Assembly (NCBI RefSeq): GCF_009914755.1
Contig: NC_060936.1
Reading direction: 5' to 3' (one strand)
DNA: 64,000 nucleotides
DNA from: the human T2T-CHM13v2.0 reference genome, Homo sapiens
Under the pieces are notes generated by a model that did not search any database, was not told where the DNA came from, and saw only the letters and a list, made by a program, of their open reading frames with translations. The first letter of the stretch is position 1. Every line of letters starts with the position of its first letter. Of the stretch, positions 13,080 through 28,502 are shown one piece after another. The translations under genes were made by a program, and so were the position numbers.

Positions 13080-14189
13080 TATACATACATATCCTATTGT
13101 AAATATCAGTGTTGCTCTTTCCTTTGCTATTAAAACCAGGCTAAGGATGATGTTTCCCTTCACTCATAGTCACTGAACTGATAGGAGATTTCCATATTTG
13201 GGTTCTCACTGGTTCTATCACAGTGACACCTCATTCTCATTTTTCCTGTTGGCTCGATTCATTATAGAATATCCAGTCTGCCGCGCATGTTCCCTATAAA
13301 ATTTAAGGTATATTTCTTATTATGTATTTGAGTTCTCATACTTATTTCATATCCATACCTCTTAACTCTGATAATAAATGGAGACATGGCCTCACTTTTA
13401 AATGCTTTGTTGCCAGGTTTATATATATATATATATCTGTGTTTCTTTTCCTGTTTACAGTCTATTTGAAATCTTTGTTTTTTTCCATCCATCCACAGAC
13501 TTCCTTCTCCAGTAGCACTTCATTTTTCACACAAGTTCGGTCTTGATTTACAGTTTACTAATTGTGATACAGTCTATGAATACTCATTGCATCTACATTC
13601 ACAGAATTTGAAAAAAATGGGCTGTATTTATGGTTTCATCAGACTAAACTAGCCAACATGTTCCTTTCTATTTTCTCTATCAAAATCTTTCATTATTTTC
13701 TCATAATTATTTATGACTAGCTGTATCAAATTAAGAGATAGAAGAAAAATGAAAAATGTTTAACCTCTACAGAAAAAGTCTGTTCTCCAGTTGTAACTAG
13801 GGCTCTAGATAAATGCAAACATCCTTACTATTCCACAAACATGTTGGATAACATATTGAAAGACATTGAGAAATCCATTAAATTTTTAAAAGCAGAGCAG
13901 TTTTCCCAGGGATAGCTCCACAGGCTTAGCTTGTCTGAAAAACAACATAATTGAAACTAAGCTGCAAAGTCTAGTTTAGGGGAGGATTAAGCTGAGTACT
14001 TGAAAAAAGCTGATATGATGCCCACCACTATCCACTCACTTCACTGAGGGTAGATTTCTTCTGCTGACCTTCCTGGTCAAGTGCAATGTCCTCAAGAATT
14101 GTGTGGGGGACATTTAAAAAGTTACCTATATCAATACTGACAGCCCATTCCTGCTAATAGTATTCCTTAGTCTAAACCTGAATTTCTGA

Positions 14190-14400
14190 ATATGAGAAAA
14201 TAATAATTGGGAAAAACTGACAAAAAGAAAAGAACAAGTAATCATAGGACATGCTTTTTATTGAAGCAGAAATAACTTAGGAAATAGTCTAGTACTTTTG
14301 AAAATAGTCTAAGTAGTACCCTCAGTGAGATAATAGACAATATTAGATAATTAGATAATAGGCAAAAAGACAATGTTTTAATAAATCAAGAATATTCAGC
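14190..14400 (+). mobile_element. Possible HAL1/L1ME ORF1-region relic
   Basis: A-rich; 'ccctcagtgagataatagacaatatt..aatattcag' resembles the HAL1 ORF1 region. Confidence 0.35.
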
Positions 14401-14402
14401 TA

Positions 14403-14825
<423 letters not shown>

Positions 14826-16947
14826 TCAGTATAGTTAAGTGATCTGCCCAGGACTGCATAATGATGATAATCTGAATTTTGTACTAGTATATATATTCAG
14901 AAATAAAATTTGATGCTATTTTCAATATGTTATACTGTGTTCTACTTTACTCTGTTATGCTATTGTACTATACTGTAAGATACTCTTATACTATACTGGA
15001 ACATCCTATCCTAAAAGATTTTGTTTTCTTCCTATATCACTTTCAACTTTACTATGCAGTACAAAACATACCACACAATGCTACTTCATACCAAAACACC
15101 TAGATGCAATATGATTAAAAGCAAAGATACTTCAATTTAGAACATTTTTGTTATTAGCTATTTTCTCTTTGATGGCAAATAGTATAATTCACATTTAAAG
15201 TATGCACACACACACACACACACACATACACATACCCATAAATATTGCCGAATATCTGTCAGCAACACTACCTAGGTTATTCAATAAGTAATAGTTTTTA
15301 ATGAAATTATGCTGAGCACTTTTATTATGGTTTTGTATTTCCAACATGAATTTATTATTATATATTAGAACAAAAAAAGATATAGACAGGTAGTCTGAAG
15401 GAAACCAGTCCAAGAAAAAAATTATTCTATATTAAGAAGTTTTACTGGCTTGATGAACTAAAACTATTAATGTTTCTCAATAGCAATTATAAACATCGCT
15501 CTTTCCATGTGACAGCATTCCTCACTGTAAAGTTATCCATTTACTTGTTTATTAATGATTGTGAAATTACTATTTATATGCTACAATGCTGCATATAAGC
15601 ATCTAAACATTACTAATTATTTCACATTCAGGTTAAATAGCACAGTTTTTATGCCTAAATGAATGTACTCTGGAGTTTATCACTGAACTATTGAAATACT
15701 TAACCTTCAAACACTACATAAATATTTTCTTACATATAAATATTCTGCAGAAGAAATAGACATAAGCTAAATTATGCTTTAGGCTCAAGAAAATTAGAAA
15801 TGTACATGGAATTTCATAGTTCTGCTCTTACAGTTCCTTTTTGTAAAAAGAGAATCTATCTGGGTGACCTGGCTGTCAAGTGCTGTGAGACTGATCACCT
15901 CACTAGATAATTTACTAGCTTCTTATCAGCACAATCTATTACAGCTCCAGCCAAAATATTTGATTTTGGCAGAGGCAATGGATGCAAAGCCTGGCACTTG
16001 TGAGTCTATTAGAGCTGCAATTTTTTCATTTGAGACAAATGTGCTTAGTTTCGTAACTCTAGCCTAGCCTATAGAAATAATTGAAGGATCGAAGGATAAC
16101 TGTTCATACACATTTCTACCATAGATTTAGAGCTAAAAGATTATTCCTAAGATATTTGTTTATAACTTTCATGAACCATTTATTATTTATAATAAAAACA
16201 CTAGTATTCTTTCGAAGGAGAGTCCCTCCTGTTTTATAGCATCACTTTTGGCACTGGACCAACAAATGCAGTTTGAATAAAAATAAACTTCTTCCAAAAG
16301 TGAAAATGAATTGTCAAAAGCAGTTTTTTAAGTGATCTAGCAATCATTATCATATCACAATCCTCATAATAAGCCTGATGCTGTATTTTTAGTATTATTC
16401 TAACCTATGCAATGAGAGATGAGTGAAACTATTCTTCAAAAATAAGATTTGATATCCTCCAGTGTCAAAATGGATTGTAGCAACACAAGGCATAATTCCT
16501 TTGGCAGAGCATCCTATTTAGTTTCTTTAATGGCATGTTCTTTTACTTGGGCCTGGCATAAATATGATGGATAGAATTTAGAAAGGCTAAATTATTTACA
16601 ATTGATATATGATTGGTTGCATTAAGGTTTCAATCATGTGAATGTGTGTAAAGTGCAAAGCATTGAGCTGAGCTTAGAGTAAAGGAAATCAAGGATATCC
16701 CTTAATCACAAATAATAGTTTAGATATATTGAAGCTAAGATATCTGTAATTTTGATTTAATTTGGAAAAAAAAATTTTAAGAGACTATGAGTGATTATAT
16801 AATTTAATGTGTGCTAACATAAGCTACAGTAAGATTTCTAGACAGATAATTTTTTTTCTTTTTTCTAACTTGCATGCTATTGTATACAAAGGACCTAGCA
16901 CTTTCATTTGTAAGATTCTCCATCGAACAAGGTTTAAAAATGTTATA

Positions 16948-17257
<310 letters not shown>

Positions 17258-17573
17258 GTTACATATTTGATTTTCTTATATAATCAGTTTGTCTAGCTTT
17301 CTCATTTCCTTGAGTCAATTCTAGTCTCTCTAGAGGAGAAATAAGGACAGCAAATAAAAACCTTTGAGCTTGTCTTTATTTAGCTTGTAAGCAGGTGTTT
17401 ATTGATTGAACACCATGTTTACAGCAGATTTTTACTGGCTTTACTTTTAATTAGAGTACTGCATGTTTGGATCTTAACATAAATTGAGAACAATTCTTCC
17501 CAGGATACAGAGTCAGTCATTTGTTTCCTATATATGAGAGTGTCTTATAGGCAAATTGAGCTGAAGAAAAAAA

Positions 17574-17587
17574 TATGTATGTATGTA

Positions 17588-17621
<34 letters not shown>

Positions 17622-17657
17622 CACATATATATGTATATACACACACACACACACATA
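17574..17657. repeat. Compound microsatellite (TATG)n(TG)n(TA)n(CA)n
   Basis: Directly visible in the sequence. Confidence 0.9.
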
Positions 17658-18203
17658 CAGAAATGATTATTAAGTCTTAAAATTTGACTTCATGGAAGAA
17701 AACTTATATGAATACAATACACAGAATGGAATATCATAGCAATAATACAAAGAAGTGCCGAATAGAATAGTATTTAAAAAGACTTTCGGATAAATATTTC
17801 AAATATATAGCTTACCTGTGCCTACAAAATGGAGTCTAACCTTAGGATGTGATTCAAGGTTAATATCTCTTTCACTTCTAACTTACAGTAGGTATATATT
17901 TCTAAAATTTTTTTAATAAAATTCAAATTTCTTTACAAATTATTGAAGGCCAATTAACAACTGTCTCATCTCTAGTCATTTTCCTTGGAATACAATACAA
18001 TCCTGCCACATTGGACTATTTATTATTTCCTGGTGATGGCCCTGGCTTTCCTTGCGTTATTTCATGGCCAATATTCTTTCCTTTAAGAAGAGTACTTTTT
18101 ATCCAACCTCTCCCATCAAAATACAATGTACTTATCAGCATTCAGGTCAAATGCCATGTCCTCTATAGCTTTTCAATTCTTCCTATTAGAAATAACTTCT
18201 TCT

Positions 18204-18537
<334 letters not shown>

Positions 18538-21500
18538 TCACTTGTTAAAATATATTTTTCATATTATACGAGTAAAATCAGTCATGGCCTGCTTTAGAGA
18601 GGCATGAATATCTGAACAAACTCAAGGATCTGTTAGGCAAAAGCTATGTATAACAGGACTGGATAGAATTCCCAAAATGACCACACCACCTACTTAAATA
18701 GTATTCTGCTGGGAGAATGCTCAACATGCTGTAGGGATACTGCTGTGGCTTCTCAGTATAGAGTGCAATTTTAAAAATCACTTTAGCCTGGCAGGCTGTT
18801 GCTTTTTAAAATTATTTTATGTCTTTTAGTTCAGCGGCAATATGTACTTACTATTTGTCTCAGAATTCTCTAGTCACTTGTGAAAGTGTTTGTGTCCAGA
18901 AAGATATGTTTGCTGCATGCATGTTTTACAGCTCAGACCTCACTAATATTCTCACAACTCTGTATTCTCTTCATGGAATCCTCAGAAAGTGGAAAGCTAA
19001 GTACTGTAGATCTTTTGGTGATTTGTGGAAGATGAAAACAACAACCACAAAAGAGCGATAATCAGAATTTCCTTTAGTCCAACTGCTGAGAGAATTACAG
19101 GCTTTTAATGGAAAAAAATTACTGTGCAATCAAGAAACTCCCTGAACAATCATGAACTTGAATTCTTAGCACTCTAAAGAGAACTACACTTTCATTATTA
19201 AAGATTATTGAAATGAAATAACAGAAAAACCAAATAAACAAACAAATATAAACTTCATAAATTATAAGATAATAAACGTACTAATCAACATTTGGTTTGC
19301 TATATTTCTTTTGGTGTTAAGTTGAAGCTACATGTATTCATTCCAATCTCCAAAAATGGAAATGTTGATTCTTATGACCTTAACTTGACTTGATAAGATG
19401 TTGAGAAAAGAGTTACACAAGAATAAATATGTAATATTGTGTATGCTATTAAATTCTATGTGTGAAGTACATGTCTTAGTTCTATATTTTAGTTATCCAC
19501 AGCATTCCTCCTGTATCATTTGCAGACTTTGTATAATGCAGTCAATAAACCAAGGGCAGTTTGCTGTATGTTTGCAAAGCAAGTACCTCATTTGGCAAAT
19601 AATACATGCCTAAAGATAAAACCCTGGGCAAATAATAAAGACATAATGAGATAACTGTATAATTTCATTGACTCATACATTTAAATAAATTAATTATCTT
19701 AATGTGCATGCAAATGGGGTGATTATAATAAATTAATCCTTGATAATGTATAAAACCCACAAAATATACCTCAAAAATACGATGCATTTAAAAATGCAGA
19801 ATTATACTTGATAACTCTTATTGTATAGACTTTAGAATCAGCCTCCACACAAAATTAGAATTTTCTTGCTCTAAGGATTGACTTTAATTCAAAATTATGC
19901 AAATTTCATCCAAAGAGGTTGATTGCTTATATTCTTCAGGCTGCAGAAGGAACTAAAAAACTCTTATTTATTTAGTTAATGAATTTTATCCTGATTAGTT
20001 CACCTATTCATCCAATTCTTATTTCTAGTCCTGATATTCATTTTATAACTGGAACTAAGTAGGGTAATTTTGGTGTAATAAATAACATATTTAAGTCTCT
20101 TTTATATGTAATTTATTAAAACTATAATTTAGTAGGAATTAGAAGCTTACTATGTTAAGTCTCCTTTTTTCTCTCTAATGCTAGTTAGAGCAATTTGAAA
20201 AATAATGCTGATAAATTTGAATAAAAATAGGCTTAAAATATGAAATTTAACCCATATCAACAAACTCTGTTTAGAGGAATTAAATCTAGATAACCCTAGT
20301 GGTAATGGCTCAAATTTTTAGACTGATTACATCATGAATAAATGAATAAGCTATCACCACCCAAAGGTAGTTTAGTAATGAATATGATTTCACATATTTG
20401 AATAAAAACACCTTATTTATGTTTTTACATTCAACTAGCTGATGAAAGTGGATTTATTTCCTAGCCTTAATGTAGTGAGTTCTAGTTCATATTTCTAATA
20501 TTCTCAATTAGTCCACAAATAATCCATTTAGACATCCTGGATGAAATCCTCTAAGTAGATATAACCATAAAATCATTACGAAGTGATGATGCTCTTGAAA
20601 AAAATAGATAAAATAGCTGAGTTTCCAATAAACAGAGAATGGACAAAATAGTTTACAGATAAATTACTCAAAGCTTGAAAGTGACTACAACTCACACTAA
20701 AGGCCATTTTTCACTTACTTATTTTTTTTAATGTGCTGAGCTTATTGTGAAAACTACGATGAGGCAGGCTGTATTCAAATATGGAAATAATGGTTTATAG
20801 GGAAATAGTTAATGAAAATATGAAGAAAGAGAAATAAGCTGTGCCTAAATATTTCCACTCTGATTTAGAAGAGACTTATAGACCCAAACATCTAAGTGAA
20901 GTAGCATTCTAAATTCACTCTCTCTACTGCCTCAGTGCATTATCCCTCTACCTACTATAATCTGTCCTCCCCTCCATTACTGCATTAACTCTGTCTCTTC
21001 TGGAGTTATCAACTATTTCCTTCTTAATAAAGTAAAGAGCATTTTTTGGTATTTGCATATTTGATTTTCATTAAGTTTCCCTTCTCTTCCAGAGTACGCA
21101 CCTCTTGCTTTTCAAAATATACTGCTTTTTCTTTTTTTTTTTTTCTCCCTTTTGTAGCAATACACCACATTGGTCAAAGATAGCATGCTTTCCCATGTTC
21201 TGGAAGCTAGAACACAAATTTTAGAAAGGGTATAGAAGGGTAAAACTAATATAGCTCTCTCTATATGTGCTGCTTAACTTGTTAAACAATATATAAACTA
21301 TAAATAAAGCCAGTAAATGTTTACACTTATTGGCCAATTACTTCGTGTATCTACTCTGCAGTGAGATTGGTTGAGCTCAAGCATTGTAGGCACATTTAAC
21401 TCAGATATATGGATATAGATACTGAACCAACTACTTAAGAATAGTTAAGAACCAACTACTTAAGAATATAGAACTGAACCAACTACTTAAGAATGTTGAG

Positions 21501-22457
21501 TTATTTATGCACAGTTGTAGAGGATGTCTGCACTTGTGCCCAGGTAAGAGAAACTAAATCTCCTGTTTCTGCTAAGTAGCTTAAGAAATAAGCTATTATG
21601 TGAGGTACTCAGATGCATCACTAAAATTGTGATTGTTGGGAAAAATAAAATTGTGCTTGTTGGGCACCAGTAGTGACGGTTTAATCACATGCAATGCAAT
21701 GAAGGTGGAAACTCTAAATTAGTGAAGACATTTTTTGAAGATATAATCTCACAAATTTATTTAAGGGCATTAGAAAACTCTCCTGCCTGACTTGCAAAAA
21801 ATATGTTCATGCCTCAGGTTCCTTTGTGTCCCCATCAAAGCAATTGAAGAGGGAAGTAAAAGTCTTTTGAATTTTCAAGGCATAGGTGACTTTTACTCTC
21901 ATGATAGTGAGGAGGTTTTTCTGCAGAAAGATGATGGTTTTAACATTTGAGCCCTGTTCTTGGGTTTGAGAGGTTAAAAAGCAAAATGGCTGAATGCATG
22001 GGGGTGATCTCTAGGACTCAAATGGACCATAAAACCTGTGAGGTTGTTGTGGTACAGTGCTGTTGAGGTGGGGTGAAATTGAGGAGACTTACAAGCCAAT
22101 GACTATGTGGATAACCTGAACAACTACTCAAAAGAAGCTCCTGCATGGAACCTAGTGAGGAACACATGGGAATAGAGTCATCCGGGGAGTCAGTATTGAA
22201 AGATCAACAGTGTGTACCATTGGCTCCCCCTATGAGACTTATGATACATTTCTTCACTCTCAGATATATATATTTTATATATATAATATATATAATCAGA
22301 TATATATATAATGTGTACATGTATATATATACACATACACATACATATACACCTATATATTTATAGGATTAAATAAATTTATTTCATCTATTTAAATAAT
22401 AATAAGCTATCATTGATATCAGTATAATATGTCACCCCATTCAGAAGTATTAGCATG

Positions 22458-22843
22458 TGTCTTCATAGGTTTTGTGCTGCTATAACAGAGTAAGTGGTAC
22501 TGGGTAATTTATAAACAACAGAAATTTATTCTCTCACAGTTTCGAAGCTGGGAAGTCCAAGATCAAGGTGCCAGCCTCTGGCATGGGCCTTATTACAGCA
22601 TCCTCACATAGAAGAAGGCAGAAGAGCAAGAGACAGATGAATTCTATATACTCACATAGCAGATTAGAAAACAGTGAACCCAATCCCACAAGCGCTTTTA
22701 ATAGGCGTATTTATCCATTCATGAGGGTGGAGCTCTCATGACTTAAACTCATATCGAAAGGCCTCATACCCCGCTCAACTCTTGCATTGAGGATTAAGTT
22801 TCTAACACATACATTTTGGAGGGTACACATTCAAACCACAGCA
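22458..22843 (-). mobile_element. MST (MSTC/D-like) MaLR solo LTR
   Basis: 'tgctgctataacagag..ctgggtaatttataaacaacagaaatttatt..caagatcaaggtg..cattcaaaccacagca'; TSD gcatg/gtgtg (CpG decay of gcgtg). Confidence 0.85.
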
Positions 22844-23785
22844 GTGTGATAACATTTAATAAATAATTCTTGCTCATGGGATGAATATCTATATTTATAT
22901 TGATACCAAAAACTATATATTTACCTTAATCTACATTATTCTGTGAAATAATTAATCTTCTAATTGAAGATCTACCACTCTCCTGTTGAACAAGAATGGT
23001 ACTTTGAAATTGCATTGAATTCTCATATATAATTGGTAAAAAATAAATTTAAAAACTCACAATCTCTTACATATCTCTATTTATTGTTTTTCAATCATTG
23101 GTAGGACCACTGAATCTTTAGATGAAAGTATATTAGAAAACTGTACATTGTTTTAAACAATATGAGCTGTTATGCTGTGTTTTTTGATCTTAATAATCAT
23201 TGCTATATAGAAATGTACAAATAACACTGTTTTTAAATATCATTCATTCTTTTATTCTAATTTTATTTGTTTTAATAGAAATTATAATTCCATAATTCAT
23301 GTCACGTTTAACTTTAGGAGAAGAAAGTAGAATAACAGAAGTTTCTACAGATAGAAATAAAAGATCAACATTAAATGATAATTATATTCTGGATATTGAC
23401 AGAATGACTAATCAACTCTCAGAAGTAACTCCTCTATGTAAGGGGTCATTAAATGAGAAAACCATTATTTTTCTGAGAATAGGAATTTTCCACAAAAAAT
23501 ATTCATTACTTGGAATAAGATATTTTTAGTTTCAGATGTAAAAACACAAAAAAGCTTCTAAAAGAACATACTGTGTTTCTTGATAAGCTCAATGTAGAGA
23601 AATGTAGACTAATGTAATAAAAGAGGACATATAAATAGTACCTTTTAACCTATGCTCCTTTATCTTCCCACTGTAAAAGTAAAAGCATCAACGTAAATAT
23701 ACACAGAAGAAAGTACACTTAATAATCATATTTTTGAGTTTCTTTCTATAATTACGAAGCACAATGATAAAAAGTTAATGACGAA

Positions 23786-23905
23786 TCCATATGTGGTGGT
23801 GTGCACCTGTAGTCAGTTAATCAGGAGGCTGAGATAGGAGAATTGTTTGACACCAGGAGTGTGAGACCAGCCTGGGCAACATAGCAAGACCCGATCTCTA
23901 AAAAA
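23786..23905 (+). mobile_element. FLAM (Alu monomer)
   Basis: Single ~120-bp monomer ending 'cagcctgggcaacatagcaagacccgatctcta'; flanks share aaaaagttaat. Confidence 0.8.
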
Positions 23906-24026
23906 GTTAATAGAAAAATATTTAAAAATTAAGGGATAAATGGAATTAAGTTAAAAATGATTTCTAAAGATGACTAATTTGAGGGATTGAGGTGGGTCAA
24001 ATTTTGTTAATTAAAATTAAGAGTCA

Positions 24027-26583
24027 ACTTCTCTTTTTAGCTCCACCATGTTAAAGCTTTTAAGTTGTCATTCTAGTCCTTATGACATGAAAACAAAACT
24101 AACTAAACTGAAAATCAATGTCTCCTTTAGAGTCATAAAAGAACCGAGGTCCTAGGACAAACTGGAACTCTAAAACCTGGACAGATAGACACATAGAGAA
24201 AAATCACAACCGAGACCAGCTTACCTAGAGCATATGCCACTGGAGCCATAAACTTGTAGGAATACTAAAATGGTAATTTGCTGATGACTGAGTGAGGATT
24301 AGCTTGAAAAAGTGAGAAACTCCTGGTGGGCTAGTCTTAGAAAGGTCTCCATATTTTCATGATTTTTACCTCTAGGAACCCTATCCTGTTCTCAAGTCAG
24401 AGATATGAGAAAGCATCACTCATGTTATGAGCAGAGGACAATAAAGCAACAAAGTTGAGTTATACCTAGAGCATTCTATATAACAAAGACCTGCTCTCCA
24501 AAGGATACTAGTTTATCAGGGCCTAATATACTTGGGGGAAAGGCAATTAGCTAATTTCAGCCTCTTCTAGCCTTCCTGGATTGACTAAGGAGAAAAAAAT
24601 AGAAGACTACTGGATTGACTATGGAGAAAAAAATAGAAGACTACGGAACACATGTGAAATCACAACCCAGAAACTCAGGCTGACTAAAAGACTGAACTTT
24701 AATCATAAGATTGTAGAGTGCTTCCCTCTCTCACGCTTTCCTACCATGTCAATAAGGCTACAGTATAGTAACTGTGGATTGCAACTGAAAAAGCTGCAAG
24801 GCACCTACCTTGTTTCAGAAACAGTTTATAGAGAAACTAAAGACAAAAAGGAAAGGAAAAAAACAACAATGAAGATACTATAGGAAATGGAAGCCACTGG
24901 TACCTATAGCTATAGTTACATTAAACACAGCTCAGATCCTATGAAGATTAGTGTAAATTTTCAGAGTAATGGCTTATTACTTCAGTGTCTGTTACCTGAC
25001 TTAAACAAGAAATTAATTATAAGACATGATATGAGGCTAGAAAAAACACAATCTGAAAAGAAAGAAAAGCATTAGAACCAGACTCAGATTTGACATAGAT
25101 TTTGAAATTATCAGGTAGATAATTTAAATAACTATAGTTAATAAGTTGAGGGATAGAGAATTTAAATAACTTTAGTTAATAAGTTGAGGGCTCAAGAGGG
25201 AAAAAGTTGGCAACTCGAGCTAGAAACTCAAAGAAAGAATTAAAAAGTGATAGAAATGGAAAAAAAAGAAAAACACAACACTGTAATAGAAATAAAGAAC
25301 AAATGTGGGCTTTTCAGTAGCCTGAACCCCACTAGAGAATGTAACAGTGAGCTTGAAGATATGTCAATAGACATATTTTTTCAGTGTAACAATATGCAAA
25401 GAGAAATTTGCATATAAAACATGGAAAGTAAAAAATAAATTTTCATAATGGACCATAGTATCTAAGAACTATGAGATAATTACAAAAGGTGTTACGTATA
25501 CATAATAGGATTACTGCAGTGGAAAAAAGGAAGAAGCAGAAGGAATATTTGAAGTAAAAACAGCCAATAATTTTCCAAAATTAATGACAGTTACTAAACC
25601 ATAGACCTAAAAAAACTTATAGAACACAAAGGATAAATACCAAAAAACCTACATGTAGGCATATCATATTCAAATTGCTACAAAAAAAGAGAGAAAATTT
25701 TTCAAGAGGCCAGAAGAAAAAAAAAAAAGATGCCTCTCTAATAGAAAAATAAGGAGAAAAATTGTATCAGACTTCTTTTCAGGAACCATGTAAACAAAAA
25801 GAGAGTAAAGTTAAATATTTAAAGAATTTAAAGACGAAATCCACCAAGCTAAATTTTGAATTCAGTAAAAGTATCCTCCCAAAGTGAAAGGGATATATAG
25901 GCTTTCTCAGACAAGTAAAAATGGAAGGAGTTTATCACTAGTAGACCTGCCCTGTAATAAATATTAAAATAAAATATTCAGAAAACAAAAAAGTATATAT
26001 TTCAGAAACTGGTATCAACATAAAGACATGAAGAATGTTGGAGAAAGAATAAATAAAAATCTAAAAACATTTTCTTTTTTCTTACTCTCAATTTATCTAA
26101 CAGATAACTGTTTAAAGTAATAATAACAATCTATTGGGTGATTATAGTATATGGAAAAGTGAAATGAATAACAACAATGTTATAAGGGATGAGAGGAAAG
26201 GATGAGAATGCTCTGCCATAAAGTACTTCTACTACTCATGAGGCAGTATAGTGTTATCTAGAAGTGGCCCAAAATTGTCAGTATACATAAAAAATTCTAA
26301 GGCAGTAACTGAAATATATACATATGTGTGTGTATGTGTGTGTATATATATGTGTATATATATATACGTATAAATACATGTATACATACATATATATATA
26401 TATACATATATATATATACACACACATATGTACATTAAAGTATAATTGATAACCTGAGAAAATAAGGAAAATTCATGCAACCAGAAAGAGGGTAAGAAGG
26501 ATACAAAAAAGCTCAACAAAATTGGAAATCATGTAAAAATATAGAAAGCAAACTAACTACATCAATAACTACTTTAAATGTGA
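24027..26583 (+). mobile_element. Old L1MC-like 5'UTR, ORF1 and inter-ORF region up to the ORF2 start
   Basis: ORF1 relics ('ggcatatcatattcaaattgct', 'gagtttatcactagtagacctgccct'); ORF2 start relic 'tcaataactactttaaatgtgaa'. Confidence 0.7.
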
Positions 26584-27099
26584 AGATCGAAATCCCAAAA
26601 ATATAATTCTGGAAAAAAATTAAAGTTATTTAAAGATATTCATTTACATTTTTAAGAGGGAATTTGTTTGAGAAACATATAAAAAACACAAAAGAACACT
26701 CCACAGGCCACTTTACACAATAAAATAGGCAATACCACACACAATTTTTGCCATCATAAACACTCAGGTGTACTAAGGGCAGTCACGGGTATAACAGGCT
26801 TGATGAACGGTATCATAAAGAATAGGTCAAGTAGAGAAATGTATAAGCACATATCACCATAGTTGGCAATGGTGTGCACTTAATTTTGTAATGCTGATAA
26901 CTTTAAATAGTGAAAAAACTTTTTAAAGGTGAAATAAAAGAAAAAGAAAAACTAAAAAGAAAATTTGACATATGAATAAATGTATCATAGGGATATATTT
27001 ATGGGCGATTGCACAGAGATAGTTCATAAAATCTGCCCAACATTTATGAATTTATGATCATTATATTTTGAAGTCTCATTTCATGATGAATAGCTGTTC

Positions 27100-28430
27100 T
27101 TTTCTTTTCTTTCAGGATGTGGCTATCTTTGGAAAATAGGTTCACAATGATTTTCTACATTGTGGTGCTTTTTCTGAAATTCTTCTATGATCTGATATAT
27201 GCCTGACATGAATGTTCTATATTAAATTTTCCCATTTTCTGTGCCATGCTTCTATGTTGATTCCGGTGCATGGAAATCCATTCTGCATGTACTCATATAC
27301 AAAACCACAAATTTGGCAGAAACAATACTGGTGATCGAAAGGCAAGATTGTTGTATAAGTGTCTTCTTTCCCTACCATGCACATAGTTATTTTCAAACTA
27401 GTCAGTAATGTCATTAACTTCTTTAGGCAAATGTGGCTTAAATTCATTAAAGCTCCTGAAATGTCAACAGCTGGAAAGAATACCAATGCAGACAAATAAC
27501 AAAATTTTCAAGTGAAGTACTCATTGCTGCCCTATGGCATGGCCATGACTCATCTAAGTTTTCTGCCAAATGCATTGGGCCAAATTAACAAAACAAATTT
27601 TACTGGTCATATCTTGAAATTCACTTTTAGAAGCCTTGATTGTACCAAAATCGATATTTGTCATATGATTTGCAGATTCAGTTGAAATTCATTTCCTTGT
27701 GTTCATCATTTCCTTCCTTAAAGTTCATTAAATCTTTAAATAAGCCTTTGCAAAGTGCTTCACATTTTCCAGTCATTAATATAGAAATTATCAGAGTTCT
27801 AGAATTTTCAGATCCAGCAGAGGTATGAATTGTACAAAGGTGATAAAAAACATGGAGGGCAGTTTTGAAAGTGGTATCTGTTAGCCAAAGTGAAGCATAC
27901 ATTTGTTTTTCTATGTTAGATTTAGTGGTAAAAACAATAAACCTATCTTCTTTGACAATGAAATCCCTAATCAAGAATAGTTCACCATTTAATGTATTTT
28001 GTAACACTGGAGGCACCTCAATATTAGCATCTGTCTGACTCAGAAGGTATCTGAGCTTGTCAAATTATTTTTATTTCCTGAGAAAGGGAATTTTTTGAAA
28101 GCAACCATGACACACTATGTGTGAAGGGTCAGAAGCTGTACATGGTTGAGCAAGCTGACAGAGGAGATTTGTATTCTTTTGCCTGTATTTTCATTTCTAT
28201 GATCTTCAAAACACACTGCTTTTATTTGAAGAGTGGCTGTGGTCTACAAATTGTGTAAGTATATGCTGTCCATTTGAAAGTTTAGTTATTACTTAGTAAG
28301 CACATTAAAGCATTTTTTTAATTTTTACAGCTCCAATAAGAATTATCTTTTAAACTTTATATTTCTCCATTAAGTAACCCTGTACTTAACTTAGACTTTC
28401 TGAGGGAAAAATTTCACAGATTTCTTCCAT
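27100..28430 (-). pseudogene. Degenerate MULE transposase (FLYWCH-like N-terminus plus DDE domain)
   Basis: ORF 27678-28016 contains W-x-x-D(T)TFKT..FYHLCTIH..LMTGK, the MULE domain signature; upstream GYLMEK/SLKDNSYWSC and ATG at 28430; many stops. Confidence 0.75.
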
Positions 28431-28502
28431 TGTGTTGCAAGAAATACAATAAGAAGGAATGATATTTAGGTTTTCCAATACCAAATTTCCAATACAAAAA
28501 AA

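Noticed and set aside
21424-21494. Mini CRISPR-like repeat-spacer pattern
   Set aside because: Spacers are only 6-8 bp and copied from local sequence; eukaryotic context.
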